Shown here: in pieces, positions 44,719 to 57,814 of the stretch
How positions within the stretch are numbered: position 1 is the first letter of the stretch
Layout: every line of letters begins with the position of its first letter
Assembly: GCF_009914755.1 (NCBI RefSeq)
Contig: NC_060932.1
Direction: 5' to 3' (one strand)
DNA from: the human T2T-CHM13v2.0 reference genome, Homo sapiens
DNA: 64,000 nucleotides
Translations under genes and position numbers: made by a program
The notes under the pieces: generated by a model
What the model saw: only the letters and a program-made list of their open reading frames with translations
What the model was told of the DNA's origin: nothing
Databases searched by the model: none

Positions 44719-46483
44719 AAAAGGATTTCCAACCTGCCCCTGTCCCCCTAGTCTGCACTGTAGTGAGTGTCTCCTTGTGAAAGACAAAATGCAAGATTAT
44801 TGTCTTTAGAAAACGACAGAGGGGCTGCATATATTTGTATTATCTTTTATCAAGAATGCAAATTGCAAAATATGAACTCCTCACATGACTGGACGTAAAC
44901 AACAAAGATTTTTGCAGCCTGGTCCTACTGAAATTTATCATCTCTACATAGATCTCTGTGCGTTTTTACCCCAAATTTGGTAGTATGATTTTGGGGCAAA
45001 TATCAATTAAGTATGTGAGATGGAAAGTGAAGATACAAAGGAATAACTTCTTCAGCATCACAATTTATATGTGAACCATTTTAAACATCTTCTGACTCAC
45101 AGTATAATTTATAAAATTCAGGATAAATAGCCAAGCTTATTGGGTGTGAAATTGTCTCCGGTATAGATCTAATATCTCTACATATTCCTATTACCTTTGA
45201 TGATGATCTCACCTTTATATAAGAAGCTCTATTTTGCTCTGAAGACATTACATGGAATTTAAATTTCTTCTAATTTCATTTTGAATTAAAAAACCATCAG
45301 TAGTGCAAAACTTGACAATGATGACAAGTTAAGGCTTTATACAGAAAAAAAATTCTTCAAGGAATTAAAAAGCCAATCATCTTACAACAATAAGCACTTA
45401 CCCACATTTTTTATATTTAGTGTTCTGCTTGTCAAAGAGGCTTTAAGAGTCTGCATTAGTGTGTAGAGTTAGTGCCATGTTGGTGAATTAGAGTTGCTAA
45501 CTGCTTGAATTGTCAACTGTGCATTTTGGTAGATTTTTGCCTTGAATGCTAATGTGGTCTTTTAAGTATCATTTTGATGAATTTTATTGTTACATTAGAG
45601 GCAGTCTGGTTTTTCCAATCAGTCATGTCCACTTCATCACTGTCAATGTGCTACCATAACATTAAATATGACCAGAGGTAAACATTATTGAAAGCTGCGC
45701 CTGTTACTGCTGTTTTACAGTAGTGTAATTTTGTTTTTATTTCCTTTGATTTTATGCTGATATGGGTTTCAGCAGTATTTGCCTGCAGCCTCTTTCAACT
45801 TTTCCTTTTAATTAAAAAGCCTAATTGGGAGTAATAAAAACTTCCAATTAAGTCTTTTAAATAAAAACTGAAAGCTGAAAGTGGTTGCGGTTGCAGATAG
45901 AGGCTGGCACTGACATGTTCACTATGGAGGATACCATTACTACAGGAGAATTTGTGGTTGACGGGTTCAACTTGAGACCTGTGAGTTGAGAGAAGCGGAT
46001 CTTGGCAAAGCTACCCAAGAAGATAATCATGCAGTTAAACATCCATGTTTTTTGGGGGTCTTTGTGTTTGAGGCAAGAGAGATACTGAAGGAGATCTTAG
46101 ATCAATTCTTTTTGTAGTGGTAGGTTCACTAGATAAAAAATTTCAGTAATATTGCATTTTTAACAATACAAATAAAAGATTCAAGTATTTAAACAAATTG
46201 ATAAAATATTCTAGCTTGTTATTTTCATTTTGGTATAAAATAATTTAAAAGTTTTTGCCTTTATTTTCCTTTATTTCTTGCATTAGAGAAATGTGCTAGA
46301 AAAAGCCTGCCATGGAGCCTAGGATTATACAGTCTGTAATTGGACAGAGTAGTGTGCAGTTTGCTGATTCTTGTATACTAACTGAATAATAAAAGACTAA
46401 AATAAACATTTCATACTATATGAAATGTGTAAATATGTGACTTTCTGGGATTTTCCTTTAAAAATAAATGGTAGATATCCAAT

Positions 46484-46818
<335 letters not shown>

Positions 46819-47394
46819 TAGCTTGTAGTATTACATGTTTCGGGAAACGGGAAAGATACATCAGGAAGTTGGATTCATAGGAGGGTATTTTAGCTTTGCT
46901 CCATAATTAACCCTTCATTGATTTCATATATTTTGGGAAGATTAAAGGAAGAGCATTTTCTGTGTCTGAATATTTTACTGTATTTCACTTTAATAAAATA
47001 TTATTTTAAATAACTTTTTATCTTATGATCACTAACTTAACTCATACTTATTTTAAAAATTAGCTTTTATTATTTGTTTGTTATAATATCTGTTGCATAC
47101 AGAAAATTTGGAATGTATAAAAAATCAAAATTTATGTAATATTACCTCAAACCACAGTTAACATTTTTTTTATATTTCTGTCCATTTTTTTAAAGCACTC
47201 TTTATACACACAGACACACATACACCCACAGGCAAAAATAATAAAATTAGGATTGTATTATTTATAATGTTTTATTTATTCCTTTTTAACTTAACATTAT
47301 ATTTAAGCATTTCCTCTTTTCAAAGACATACATATGTATCCTAATTTATTTGACTGGTTTCTAATTTTTGGACACTTGGGATTGAGAAGCTAAA

Positions 47395-47638
47395 TACCAT
47401 AGGAGCAAACAGCTCAGGTTTTGAAATCATGCTATCTGGATTTTAAGTCTTTGTTCCAAAATCTACTAGCCACATGATCTTGGACAATTTCTTTTTCTGA
47501 GCTTTTGTTTCCCCCTACATAAGATGCAGAAAAGCACAGTTTGCACCTCATGGAACAGATATGAGGCTTAAATTGTTAATGTATGTAAAGGTGTCATAGC
47601 ACATAGTTAGCACTGCATACAAATTAACTATGATATTT
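47395..47638 (+). mobile_element. MIR
   Basis: tactagccacatgatcttggacaa...cacctcatggaa...tgaggcttaaat...gcacatagttagcact. Confidence 0.7.
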
Positions 47639-48254
47639 CCAATTATTTTCTATTTTCAGTAATTTATACATTTTGCATATTTCTACTTAAATTAGCAGAA
47701 TTAACTTATTTCCTATAGTCCTTCATCATACAAGATGCCTCTAGAAAAATTTATTCACATCTTTAATTCTATGTTAGAAAAGTTTGGAAGTTTATTTTCT
47801 ATGGGGCCACATATTTATTGTTAAGTTTATTGTTAAATGTTTTATATTATATTTGGTGGCTATTCTGAATGAAATATTACCTCTTTATTGCATTTTCCAA
47901 TTGCTTGTTGTTAGTAAGCCAGTTATTGATTTCTAGAAATTGATCCTGTCCAGCAATTTGCTAAACTTTTAGTAATACCTGAAATTAAATATTTCTTTAA
48001 TGATATAAGGAGCCTCTTGGTAAAATAGTCTGTTTCTAGTCCTTTCAAAAATTAATATTTTTATAGGTTTTAGCCTTTTTTAAGCCTGATTATTGTTCTT
48101 TTTAGATTTCTGTTTTCCTTTGAGTCAATTTTCAGATTTCACATGTTTTTCCAGAAAATTATCTATTTCATCAATTTTTTCAAATATTTTAATGTACAAT
48201 TTTGCGTTTAATGCACAGGTAGTGAAAAGTTATTTGTTATCAGAGCTACTTTTT

Positions 48255-48547
<293 letters not shown>

Positions 48548-49069
48548 AGAGCCACTTTTTATATTTAATTTTATTTGCCCATTATTTAATCTTTTATTCT
48601 TGGCTAGGTTTTCTAGAGATTTATTAACATTATTATTTTAAAAAATATAAGTTCCTGGATTTATTTTATTGTTTTCTCTGTTTCAATTTTATTTTTACTC
48701 TTATTTTTAAAACTTAATTATTTTTTAAGTTTCTCCAGATAATTGATTAGCTCAAGTAATTATTATGAGTATCATAAGACAATGTTTTCATCATAAATTT
48801 ACCTCTGAATATTGCTTTGCTTGCATTTAGTACATCTTGCTATAAATTAATTTTTTTCTCTCATTTTCTCATATGCTCATAAATTTTTAAAAAGTGTTTT
48901 TTATGTCCTAATGTTTTATACTGCTGTTTACAATTTTCTCATTATTTCTTGTCTTGGCTTTTGGTTACTGTGAAAGTTTTCTTTATCTGTGAGTCTCCCT
49001 GTCACACTGTGCTCTGAACTGCTGCTAGGAGGACCTTTTAAAAAGCAATACACTCTATTTTTTCTAATT

Positions 49070-49490
49070 AAGTGTATCCACTGACTCTCCATTTTATATG
49101 ATGTAAAGTCAAAGACCTTAGAAGACACATTGGGCCCTCTGTAATTTAGCCCTAACCTTCATGTGTAATCCTCATCTGCCCTTTTGTCCCCATCACCTCC
49201 AGAAAATCTACTTCTCATTCCCATTATGTGGCTGCCTTTATTTGGTTGCTGTAATACTCTTACTCTGCTTCTCTGGCCACATGCTTTATTATGTGTAGTA
49301 CCTTTTGTGTAACTTCTCCTTTATCCCCATCAACAATCCATCCATCCCTCCTGGGTACTGTCTAGAGTTTTGGAGCTATGCTGATACAGCACTCACCATG
49401 CTCTATGGGCATATGTGCCTCCATTCTTGTCTCCCACAGTTGGCTGTTGATAAGAACAGAGAACAAGTCTTGACTTTCATATCACCATTA
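49070..49490 (+). mobile_element. L2 fragment
   Basis: gatgtaaagtcaaagacctta...gccctctgtaatttagccc, and an L2 3' pattern to gtcttgactttcatatcacc. Confidence 0.45.
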
Positions 49491-49499
49491 CAATTAATC

Positions 49500-49635
49500 A
49501 TCAAAATAATTGATAAACTAGATGTTGTTAATTTATGAAAATGAAGAAATTGTGATTCAGAGAAATTAATATTTTCAAAGTCACAGACTAGTCAATAACA
49601 TAGATAGAATAACTCAAATTTATATCTACTTCACT
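49500..49635 (-). mobile_element. MIR fragment
   Basis: atgaagaaattgtgattcagagaaattaa...caaagtcacagactagt. Confidence 0.6.
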
Positions 49636-52600
49636 TATGTTCACAAGCTTTGACAAAAGTATTTCCTTATGGCCAAAGAAAATAGATGAAGAGCAGTGTC
49701 TGCAGGTTTAGCCTGAAATAGTCCAATACCAGCACAATACTCATTTAAAGTACTTTCCTCCATATTCCATATGGAATTAGTTTAGTGTCATTAGTTTAGT
49801 TCTACTCAAATATGTAGTCATATGTATTTTAATATAGAGCAGTATTTTTTATTCTCCACTATGAAAAATAGTAATCTTTTACCTGGACTTAATAGTTAAC
49901 TGTAAATGTTATTCTATGATGAGTCTATCACATTACCATTGTTAGACTAAATTGCAAAGAAATGAAGCCATATTTTAAATTCAGCATTGAGATAATTTCT
50001 TTTTTATACTAATTCAGGCTCCCGTAGGGGTATAAATATAAATAACAGCAGGGTTGACTTCTTCAGTCACTGAACAGAGGTACCCAAATGCTACTGTGAA
50101 GGTCGTATGCTGCAAAATTTTTAAGCTTACCTAAGTGAAAATTTCTGTATACTTATCATCTTATTGAGATAGCAAGCCACTTTTCATAAAGTGTACTGAA
50201 AGATTATCTGAGCTCTGGGTCTTTTACTAATTTGGAAAACTTGTCAAAGGACAGTAAAACTCACATTCACAGAAAAAAATCTGTGTAGTAGAATAATCCT
50301 TCATATTTATCTTTCATGTGGTTGTGTTTTATATATAGATGAGCATTCATACAGTATTTAAACTATTTTTAAAAAAATTTTTTATTGTATTTTTTTTCCT
50401 AGGCTTCTTTTCAGATGGATAAACCAATTCTGTATTCTCATATTTAACATCTCTAATACCTATTGAACACACTGAGATGATCTAGAAGCATATCATTTGA
50501 GTTAAATTCTTTGTAGTTCTCATAGCTGCTGAAGGTCTGATTAATTTGGTGCAAGCTAACTTCCCTGTGCTTGTTACTGTCAACATTTGGCTCCATTCAT
50601 ATTCACCCATTCACTCATTTTATTCCAGTCAATAGAATTTCTTCTTATAAAAACCCTCAGGTAGATTGTTAAAAACTTGTTCAACAGTTATATTATCATT
50701 AGTCACTTTAAAATTCTACACATTTTCATAGATCATAGGCATCAACAAGAGAAATAGTGTACCACGATGTACACAATTGGCTATTCCTCATCTGAGATTT
50801 TCACTCTATCGTCTCCTTCCACATGAGTTTTACTTTCCAAGATAATTTCGAAGTTGACTTTGAAGGAAACTTTAAGCAACTGTATTTACTTGATTGTAAT
50901 TTTCATTATATTATTCCACATCTCCTCCACTTCTTAGTTCATAGCTTGTCAAATCAGTACTCTGGTGATTTGATTTAAAAACTTCCTTAATATTAGAATT
51001 TAAATGATGTAAGGTGGCCACCTGAAGTTATGGTGCAGGACGTTTACATAAAAGATACAACAAGGTTTAGGATCATTTGACTTGCCCTGGCAATAAAACC
51101 AGTTCCATAAATAAGCATGTACGGATATTCTACTGGGCTTAAATTTACTTACTACTAATTTACAAATTGTGGTTGGGTTAGGATTATTATCACTTTTGCT
51201 CTTAAGTTTATTTGATGGAGCTACAGGGATAAAACCAAATAATGAATGAATTTCTGTCATCATCATGAATATCTTTATATTCCAAGATGGCTCTCTAACT
51301 TGGCTATTTTTAGCACTGCATCTGTCTGTTTGAAGGTACTTTAATAAAGTTATTAACCTTTGTAAAGTAAATAAAAAATGACACAGAAATAACCCAAATC
51401 AGAGTTTTTAGTACTTAAATATTGGCAGGGAAGTAAAAGCAATAAGAGATAAAATTATATGTTCTTGTATTTTATAAATCAAATTTTATCTAGGCCAATT
51501 TGATCAGAGAGTTGAACTGATGAAAATTGATTTATAGAAGTCAATTTATGTGTGTGTGTGTGTGAATTTCAAACTATTAAACACTGTGTAGTCCATAATG
51601 TTACAAAATCATTAAAAAAAAGAAGAGGAGAAAAGAACATACAACTCTGCATGTCTCCACAGACTTGTGAGTCATCATACAATAAGCTCATCTCCTCTAC
51701 TGGCCCAGTGACGTTAGAATAATGTGTTCTGCCAGCCATGGCTCTTTCCCTTTTGAACATACCTCAAACAGACATACCTTTAATTTTTCTCATAAAGGAA
51801 ATGGACAGCAATTTACAGTCATTTATTACACTTGAAAATATTCTACTACAAACTGTTTTCATGGAAAATCATGGATTGCTCAGTATGGAAAAATAGAATA
51901 CTGTAGATAGAATATGTTTATGCACAAATATGATAAAACCTAATGTCATTCAATTGCCAGCCTTCCTACCCTATTCTCTCTTCTGTTTCCTCTCCCCTCA
52001 GACTTCTGCAGCTTACTATGCTTTAGGATTTATTGGGAGAAAAGGTCTTGTCCTGTTTGGAGTCATTCCCACTGAAGCTACTCCCTGGAGTCTTTCCCAG
52101 CCCTACTTTGAGCCTGTTTACCTCGGTGCTGTTCCTTGCTGAGTATTCCTGGATAAAGTCACTCAACAGGATGCAATGCTGCTCACTTCTCAGCAGAGCC
52201 AAGAGAGAGGTAAAAGTGAGTGATCCACACTTCCATATACTGCCTCCTCCCTTTATTTATTTCTAATACTCTCAGTAAATTAATGCACATTCATCAGACT
52301 TGACAAAAGTTTCGTGAGGGTTTCCAGATATTTATGGTAGTGGGAAGATGAATTCTATCTTCTGACTGCCTCCTGTGTGAGGAGGAAGCACCTTTCTAAT
52401 GGGGTGTTGGGAATCTGGTCTGCAGGTCTTATCTTTGCTTTCTGGACTTCAGGGCATTTCAATTGTTCCAGAACACCTTCTTTACATCTCATGGCATGAA
52501 TACTCATTATTTTAGAGGAAGACCCATGAGACAAATACTCCAAAGTGCATTTGTCTATTTCAAAATTTACTTTAAAGGCAACATAACCTAAGTTTTCCGG

Positions 52601-53077
52601 AAAATATGTCTTTTCCACGGTTTTATCCATATGCCTCTGCTTTATGGTCTGACTTCCAGAAATTGATTATAGCCAAAAGGAGCTCTGCCTGTTGGGAATT
52701 TGCCCTTGTTATTGTTATAAGACTTGGAACTCTTGGGGAGAGGGTGGTGGCTTTGAGTATTTTTAACAGTGAAATCCCTTGGAAGCATCATTTATTTTCA
52801 AAAGCTCGTATTTTCTTTCTTCTTCCATCACAACTCCTCTTGTTCCTCCCTTCCTCTCTTTTTCCTTGCTAATATGTTTTTAGAGTCTAATATGTATGTG
52901 TTATGAAAATAATTTAAATAAAATGTCCTCTAAAAGGTTTCATGAAAGAGGTATCTTTTATGAGAAAGTGAATATGTTGAAAATGAAATCAGTAATAGGA
53001 CTTATACACACTTCCATACTGATAATTTGGCTTTAAAAAGTAATGGTTAAGTTAAAAAGATAGTAACTATGACTGGA

Positions 53078-53433
53078 TGATGTGATTAGGCTTTGTGTCC
53101 CCACCCAAATGTCATCTTGAATTGTAATCCCCAAGTGTTGAGGGAGATACCTGGTGGGAGGTGATTGGATCATGGGGTTGGTTTCCCCTGTGCTGTTCTC
53201 ATGATAGTGAGTGAGTGTACTCATGAGTTTTGATGGCTTTATAAGGGGCTGCTCCCCCTTAGCTTCTTTCAGACACTCTTTCTCACCTGTTGACATGTAA
53301 GACGTGCCTCTTCCCCTTCTGTCATGATTATAAGTTTCCTGAGGCTTCCCCAGCCATGCAGAACTGTGAGTCAATTAAACCTATTTTCTTTATAAATTAC
53401 CCAGTCTCAGGTATGTCTTTATAGCAGTGTGAA
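53078..53433 (+). mobile_element. THE1D/MSTA-type MaLR LTR lacking its terminal bases
   Basis: tgatgtgattaggctttgtgtccccacccaaat...taaattacccagtctcaggtatgtctttatagcagtgtgaa. Confidence 0.92.
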
Positions 53434-54111
53434 GGTTTTAATTAAGGTTTTAATTTTGGAGAGAGAGGTTGAAGACAAATATCTCTGCTCTGTCTTATCT
53501 CTTTCAATCAGTTCTCCACATGTTTTGCCTCTAGACCCAGCAAACTCAAATGCTTGGATGAGCTGCTAAGTAGAAATAAAAATGATAATTCTCTTTTATT
53601 TCTTCTTTTTCTATGCAGTCATAATAGGTGGATTTTCATTAAACATGGGAAGTAAAAAATGGGAAATGCACTTTCCCTGAACTCTCTCAATGTTCTATAA
53701 AATGTTCAATTAATTGTACTTGCCACTGTCCATATTTCTTTTCATATACTTTAGATTGCATGAGGTCTCTCCAGTGGCTCAGTTAACATTAAAAAAAGAG
53801 ACCCAATTTATTATTTTTTACTGAACTTAGAACAGCTAGTGAATAAATACCACTACTAATCATTTCATTTGCTTCGTGACCTGTTGTTTAAACTTTTGAG
53901 GAACCATAACACAGTAGAAACTAAAACTGTCTTGAAAGAAAAGTCAGCTAGTAGATAATAGGAATAAAACTTGATTTTTTTCCATGCCTTCGTGCACCAC
54001 AGCTAGGCACTGTCTTTCAAGTAGGTCATCAAATCATGTAATAACCAAGCAAGTAATTCCATTCCACATACCACACAGAGAATTAATTAGAGTTAAACAT
54101 TACAAAAGAGG

Positions 54112-54293
54112 ATAGTGAAATGTTTAAGAGCATGAGGATTTGCACATAGAGAAATTTGGGTATGAATCCCAGCTCTGTAATCTAATGACTATGTGACTTG
54201 GAACAAGTTATTTACAACTGAGACACTGAATGTAGAACATCAGAAATAATAAATGGCACAGGATGATAGCTCAATAACTCAGTAATGCTATTG
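54112..54293 (+). mobile_element. MIR
   Basis: ttaagagcatg...gggtatgaatcccagctctg...tgtgacttggaacaagttattta. Confidence 0.75.
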
Positions 54294-54437
54294 TCAATGG
54301 AAACCAAACAAGAACATTTTTTCTGTCATTGTTATAATAAAGGGACTATTTTGACATAACGGAGCAAAGTTCAAAATAGTGATTTCTTTTTGTATTTCAG
54401 AAAATGTGGAGCTCTATCAGTTTGTATTATTAGAAAG

Positions 54438-54440
<3 letters not shown>

Positions 54441-54470
<30 letters not shown>
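54441..54470. repeat. (TG)15 microsatellite
   Basis: Perfect run, directly visible. Confidence 0.97.
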
Positions 54471-54473
<3 letters not shown>

Positions 54474-54864
54474 AGGAGAGAGAGAAAGAACTGGCAGAGT
54501 GGGTAGTGATGTATTCCATCTCGGGTATTCTTAAATGGACTATTTAAACATTATTTAGTGGCAGTGTAATGCAAAGAGCAATGAACTTGGAACAAGAAAA
54601 CTTAGGTTTCTATCTCAGCACTGTCAACTTTGATTATATTAAATACTTGATTTGCATAGGTGCCTAACAAATGTTTTTTAGATTTAAAGACAAATGAGTT
54701 GTTAGTCCCTGAATATTGGGGTTGGATGTAACTTCAGTAGGCTACAATATTTGCTTCTTTTGAAGATCATGACAGAGTGATGAGAACCTGAAAACAAGCT
54801 TAGGTCAAGTGGGTGTCCATGTCTGTGAAACTGATGGAGGCTGATAAAAGTGTCACATCCTCCA

Positions 54865-55159
54865 GGTCAGGTGCAGTAGCTCTTGTCTGTAATCCCAGCA
54901 CTTTTGGAGGTTGAGGTGGGAGGATTGGTTGAGCCCAGAAGTTTGAGACCAGCCTGGACAACATAGCAAGACCCCATCTCTACAAGAAATTAAAAGAAAA
55001 TATTAACCAGGGATGGTGACTTTCCCTTGTAGTCCCAGCTACTCAGGAGGCTGAGGTGAGGATCACTGGAGCCCAGGAGGTTGAGGCTGCAGTGAGCCAT
55101 GATCATGCCACTGCACTTTAGCCTGGGCAAGAGAGCAAGGCCCTGCCTCAAATATATGA
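54865..55159 (+). mobile_element. AluJ with eroded tail
   Basis: J-type motifs; TSD tcacat(c/t)ctcca at 54853-54864 and 55160-55171. Confidence 0.93.
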
Positions 55160-55249
55160 TCACATTCTCCAAAAAATTTTGTTAAGCTGATCTGCAGCCA
55201 CTAATAGAAACTTCATTATTACTTAATAATTTACTTTTGTTAGTATTTC

Positions 55250-55714
55250 CTAAAGTTTTTTTTGTCTTAATAATAACTGATGACCCCAGAGCTCTTATTT
55301 GATTATATCTATTGAAATTGCTGTATTAAAATTAGAACTGAGAAACAAAAAGTATTATAATTAGACCATTACCTGTTAAGATAAATAATATTTTCACAAA
55401 AGAGAGCTATATTTTTCAAAACTAAAAACAAAATAAGAAGAGTGGTATTTTCCCCCAATGCCCCATTTTTACAAATCTGACTAAAGTTTGACTTAAGACA
55501 GCTAGATTTTCATATTTGCCTCTGCATTCAATCTGTTGAGATATCACCTGTCATGTAGTCCTGGAAAACTCTACTGTATACTTATAAAAGTACGACAGTG
55601 AAAAAGGAAATTGACGTCTTAGATTTGTTATGAAATAAATCTTGACCTCATGAGCTTCCTGAAAATATCTCAGGGTCTCTTGTGGGTTCCTGGCCCACAT
55701 TTTGAGAAGCACTG
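55250..55714 (-). mobile_element. MER119-like hAT-Charlie element
   Basis: agacagctagattttcatatttgcctctgcattcaatctgttgagatatcac...ggaaaactctactgta...tttgagaagcactg. Confidence 0.75.
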
Positions 55715-55939
55715 ATATAGGTTAATCATTGTTGCTTTCAGCTGTCTTATTTAAATTCAAAGACCCTTGGTAAGCAAGCTATATTTACTCAACAACTTGG
55801 GGTGAATTTATTAAATTCCTGAGTCCTTCTGAGTGGGAGAGATGGAAAGGATAAGAGCAATGTAGACTTGAAGGGAATGTGGCCTTGGAGAGTGTGGAAC
55901 ATGGGGGCAATGAATCAATATTAATTTCATTTGCAGTAT

Positions 55940-56142
55940 ACAAACTGGCTCCATTAATTAATAGTGTCTTAAATTTGGATCAGTTTCTTAATCTTTCTAA
56001 CTCTCAGATTCCCCATCTATAAGAGAGGAATAATAATATTTAATTCATGGTGGTGTTGTGATGATTAAATCAGGTAATATATGTAATATGCTTAGCTTAA
56101 TGTCTGACATATAGTAAGTAGTCCATTATTAAATTGTTGTTT
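55940..56142 (+). mobile_element. MIR
   Basis: ctcagattccccatctataa...gttgtgatgattaaat...tgtctgacatatagtaagt. Confidence 0.75.
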
Positions 56143-56169
56143 TAACTGTTATTTTATACGGTATTTGAC

Positions 56170-56525
56170 CTGCTTATAAACACATGTAAACGCTTTCTTC
56201 AGAGTTACACTTTTCTGCAGCAAAAAGTATCTTTATACAAAAGCTTTCCATATTTAGAATAATGTCCTTAGGTTAGAATCCTACTGGAATTACTGGCTCA
56301 ATGGACATTTTTAAAGCTTTGAATTTATGTTAGGAAATTACTTTTTAAAGGGCTATATCATTACCACTTCTATCAGGAATGTATAAGAGCATTTGATAAG
56401 CTTATATAGATTCTGAGCCCTGGGATACAGGAGTAAGGAAAACAGAAGAGCTGCAGTTTTAACTGTATCAGGAAATATAATTTGTTTAAATTTTTACAAA
56501 TTGGATAAGTAAGAAATGAAATGTC
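56170..56525 (-). mobile_element. Old L1ME fragment
   Basis: ccttaggttagaatcctactggaattactggctcaatgg and tatcaggaatgtataagag. Confidence 0.45.
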
Positions 56526-56936
56526 TTCTGAGCACAAAGTACCAACATAAGCACTTGGGAAAATTCGTGCGGTCTTTGGTATATATGAAAACTTTCCAGT
56601 GATTCAACTAGCATTTAATAAAAGTAAATTTATTATGTTTTCCTGAACCCCTAGTACTAAAGATTTTGTTTGGTTTTGGCTGGTTTATAAGCATTCATAG
56701 CATGGTTTATCAACCTATTTATTTTCGTGGCAGGAGCTTACACTTGGGCAGAATATTCTAAGGGCTCTAAGTTTTCTCCTGTTTTACAATCCTGGTAGAT
56801 ATGAGGCAGGTATGAGGGCAGTATAGAGGAGAGAGTGGAAGTAGTTAGACTGGGATTGAAATTCAAGACAGACATGATGAGACAGATTCTCAACTAGGAC
56901 TGAGGAAGTAAGAATGTGGAAGAGAGGATCAGATGG

Positions 56937-57320
56937 TGTTATGGCTGAACTGTGTTTCTTCCAAAATTCATATGTTGAAATCCTAACCCCCAGTATCTCA
57001 GAGTGTGACTATATTCAGAGATAGGATCTTTAACAAGATAATTAACGTTAAATGAGGTCATTGGGGTGGCCCCTAATCCAATATGACTGATGTCCACATA
57101 AGAAAAGCAAATTAGGACACAGACACGCACAGAAGGGAGACCATGTAAGGACACCAGAAGACAGCCATCTAGAGGCCAAGGAAGGTGGCCTCAGAATGAC
57201 ACCAAACCATTGACTCCTTAATCTTGGATTCCAGCCACCAGAACTATGAGGAAATAAATTCCTGATGTTTAAGACACCCACTCTGTGGTACTTAGTTAGC
57301 AGCCCTAGCACCCTAATACC
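56937..57320 (+). mobile_element. MLT1B MaLR solo LTR
   Basis: tgttatggctgaactgtgt...ccctaatccaatatgactg...gcagccctagca; perfect TSD gatgg at 56932-56936 and 57321-57325. Confidence 0.92.
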
Positions 57321-57364
57321 GATGGGATCTGGAGGAAAGGGTAAGTCAATTCATGTTCCATGAG

Positions 57365-57402
57365 TTTCTTTCTTTCTCTTTCTTTCTTTCTTTCTTTCTT
57401 TC

Positions 57403-57498
<96 letters not shown>

Positions 57499-57515
57499 TT
57501 TCTTTCTTTCTTTTT
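57365..57515. repeat. (TTTC)n tract of about 150 bp (Alu tail derived)
   Basis: Uninterrupted pyrimidine tract, directly visible. Confidence 0.97.
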
Positions 57516-57806
57516 ATTTGAGACAGAGTCTCGCTCTGTCTCCCAGGCTGGAGTGCAGTGGCTTTAATCTCGGCTCACTGCAACCTCTGCCTCCTGGGTT
57601 CAAGCGATTCTCATGCCTCAGCCTCTCGAGTAGCTGGGACTGCAGGAGGGCACCACCACACCGACTGACTAATTTTTGTATTTTTAGTAGAGACAGGGTT
57701 TCATCATGTTGGCCAGGCTGGTCTCGAACATTCTGGCCTCAGGTGATCTGCCCACCTTGCCCTCCCAAAGTGTTGGGACTACAGGCGTGAGCCTCTGCAC
57801 CAGACC
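57516..57806 (-). mobile_element. AluSx-like
   Basis: Full dimer body adjoining the TTTC tract. Confidence 0.95.
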
Positions 57807-57814
57807 AGAGTCCC

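Noticed and set aside
57353-57790. Phe/Leu/Ser-rich 145-aa ORF
   Set aside because: Translation of the (TTTC)n tract plus Alu.
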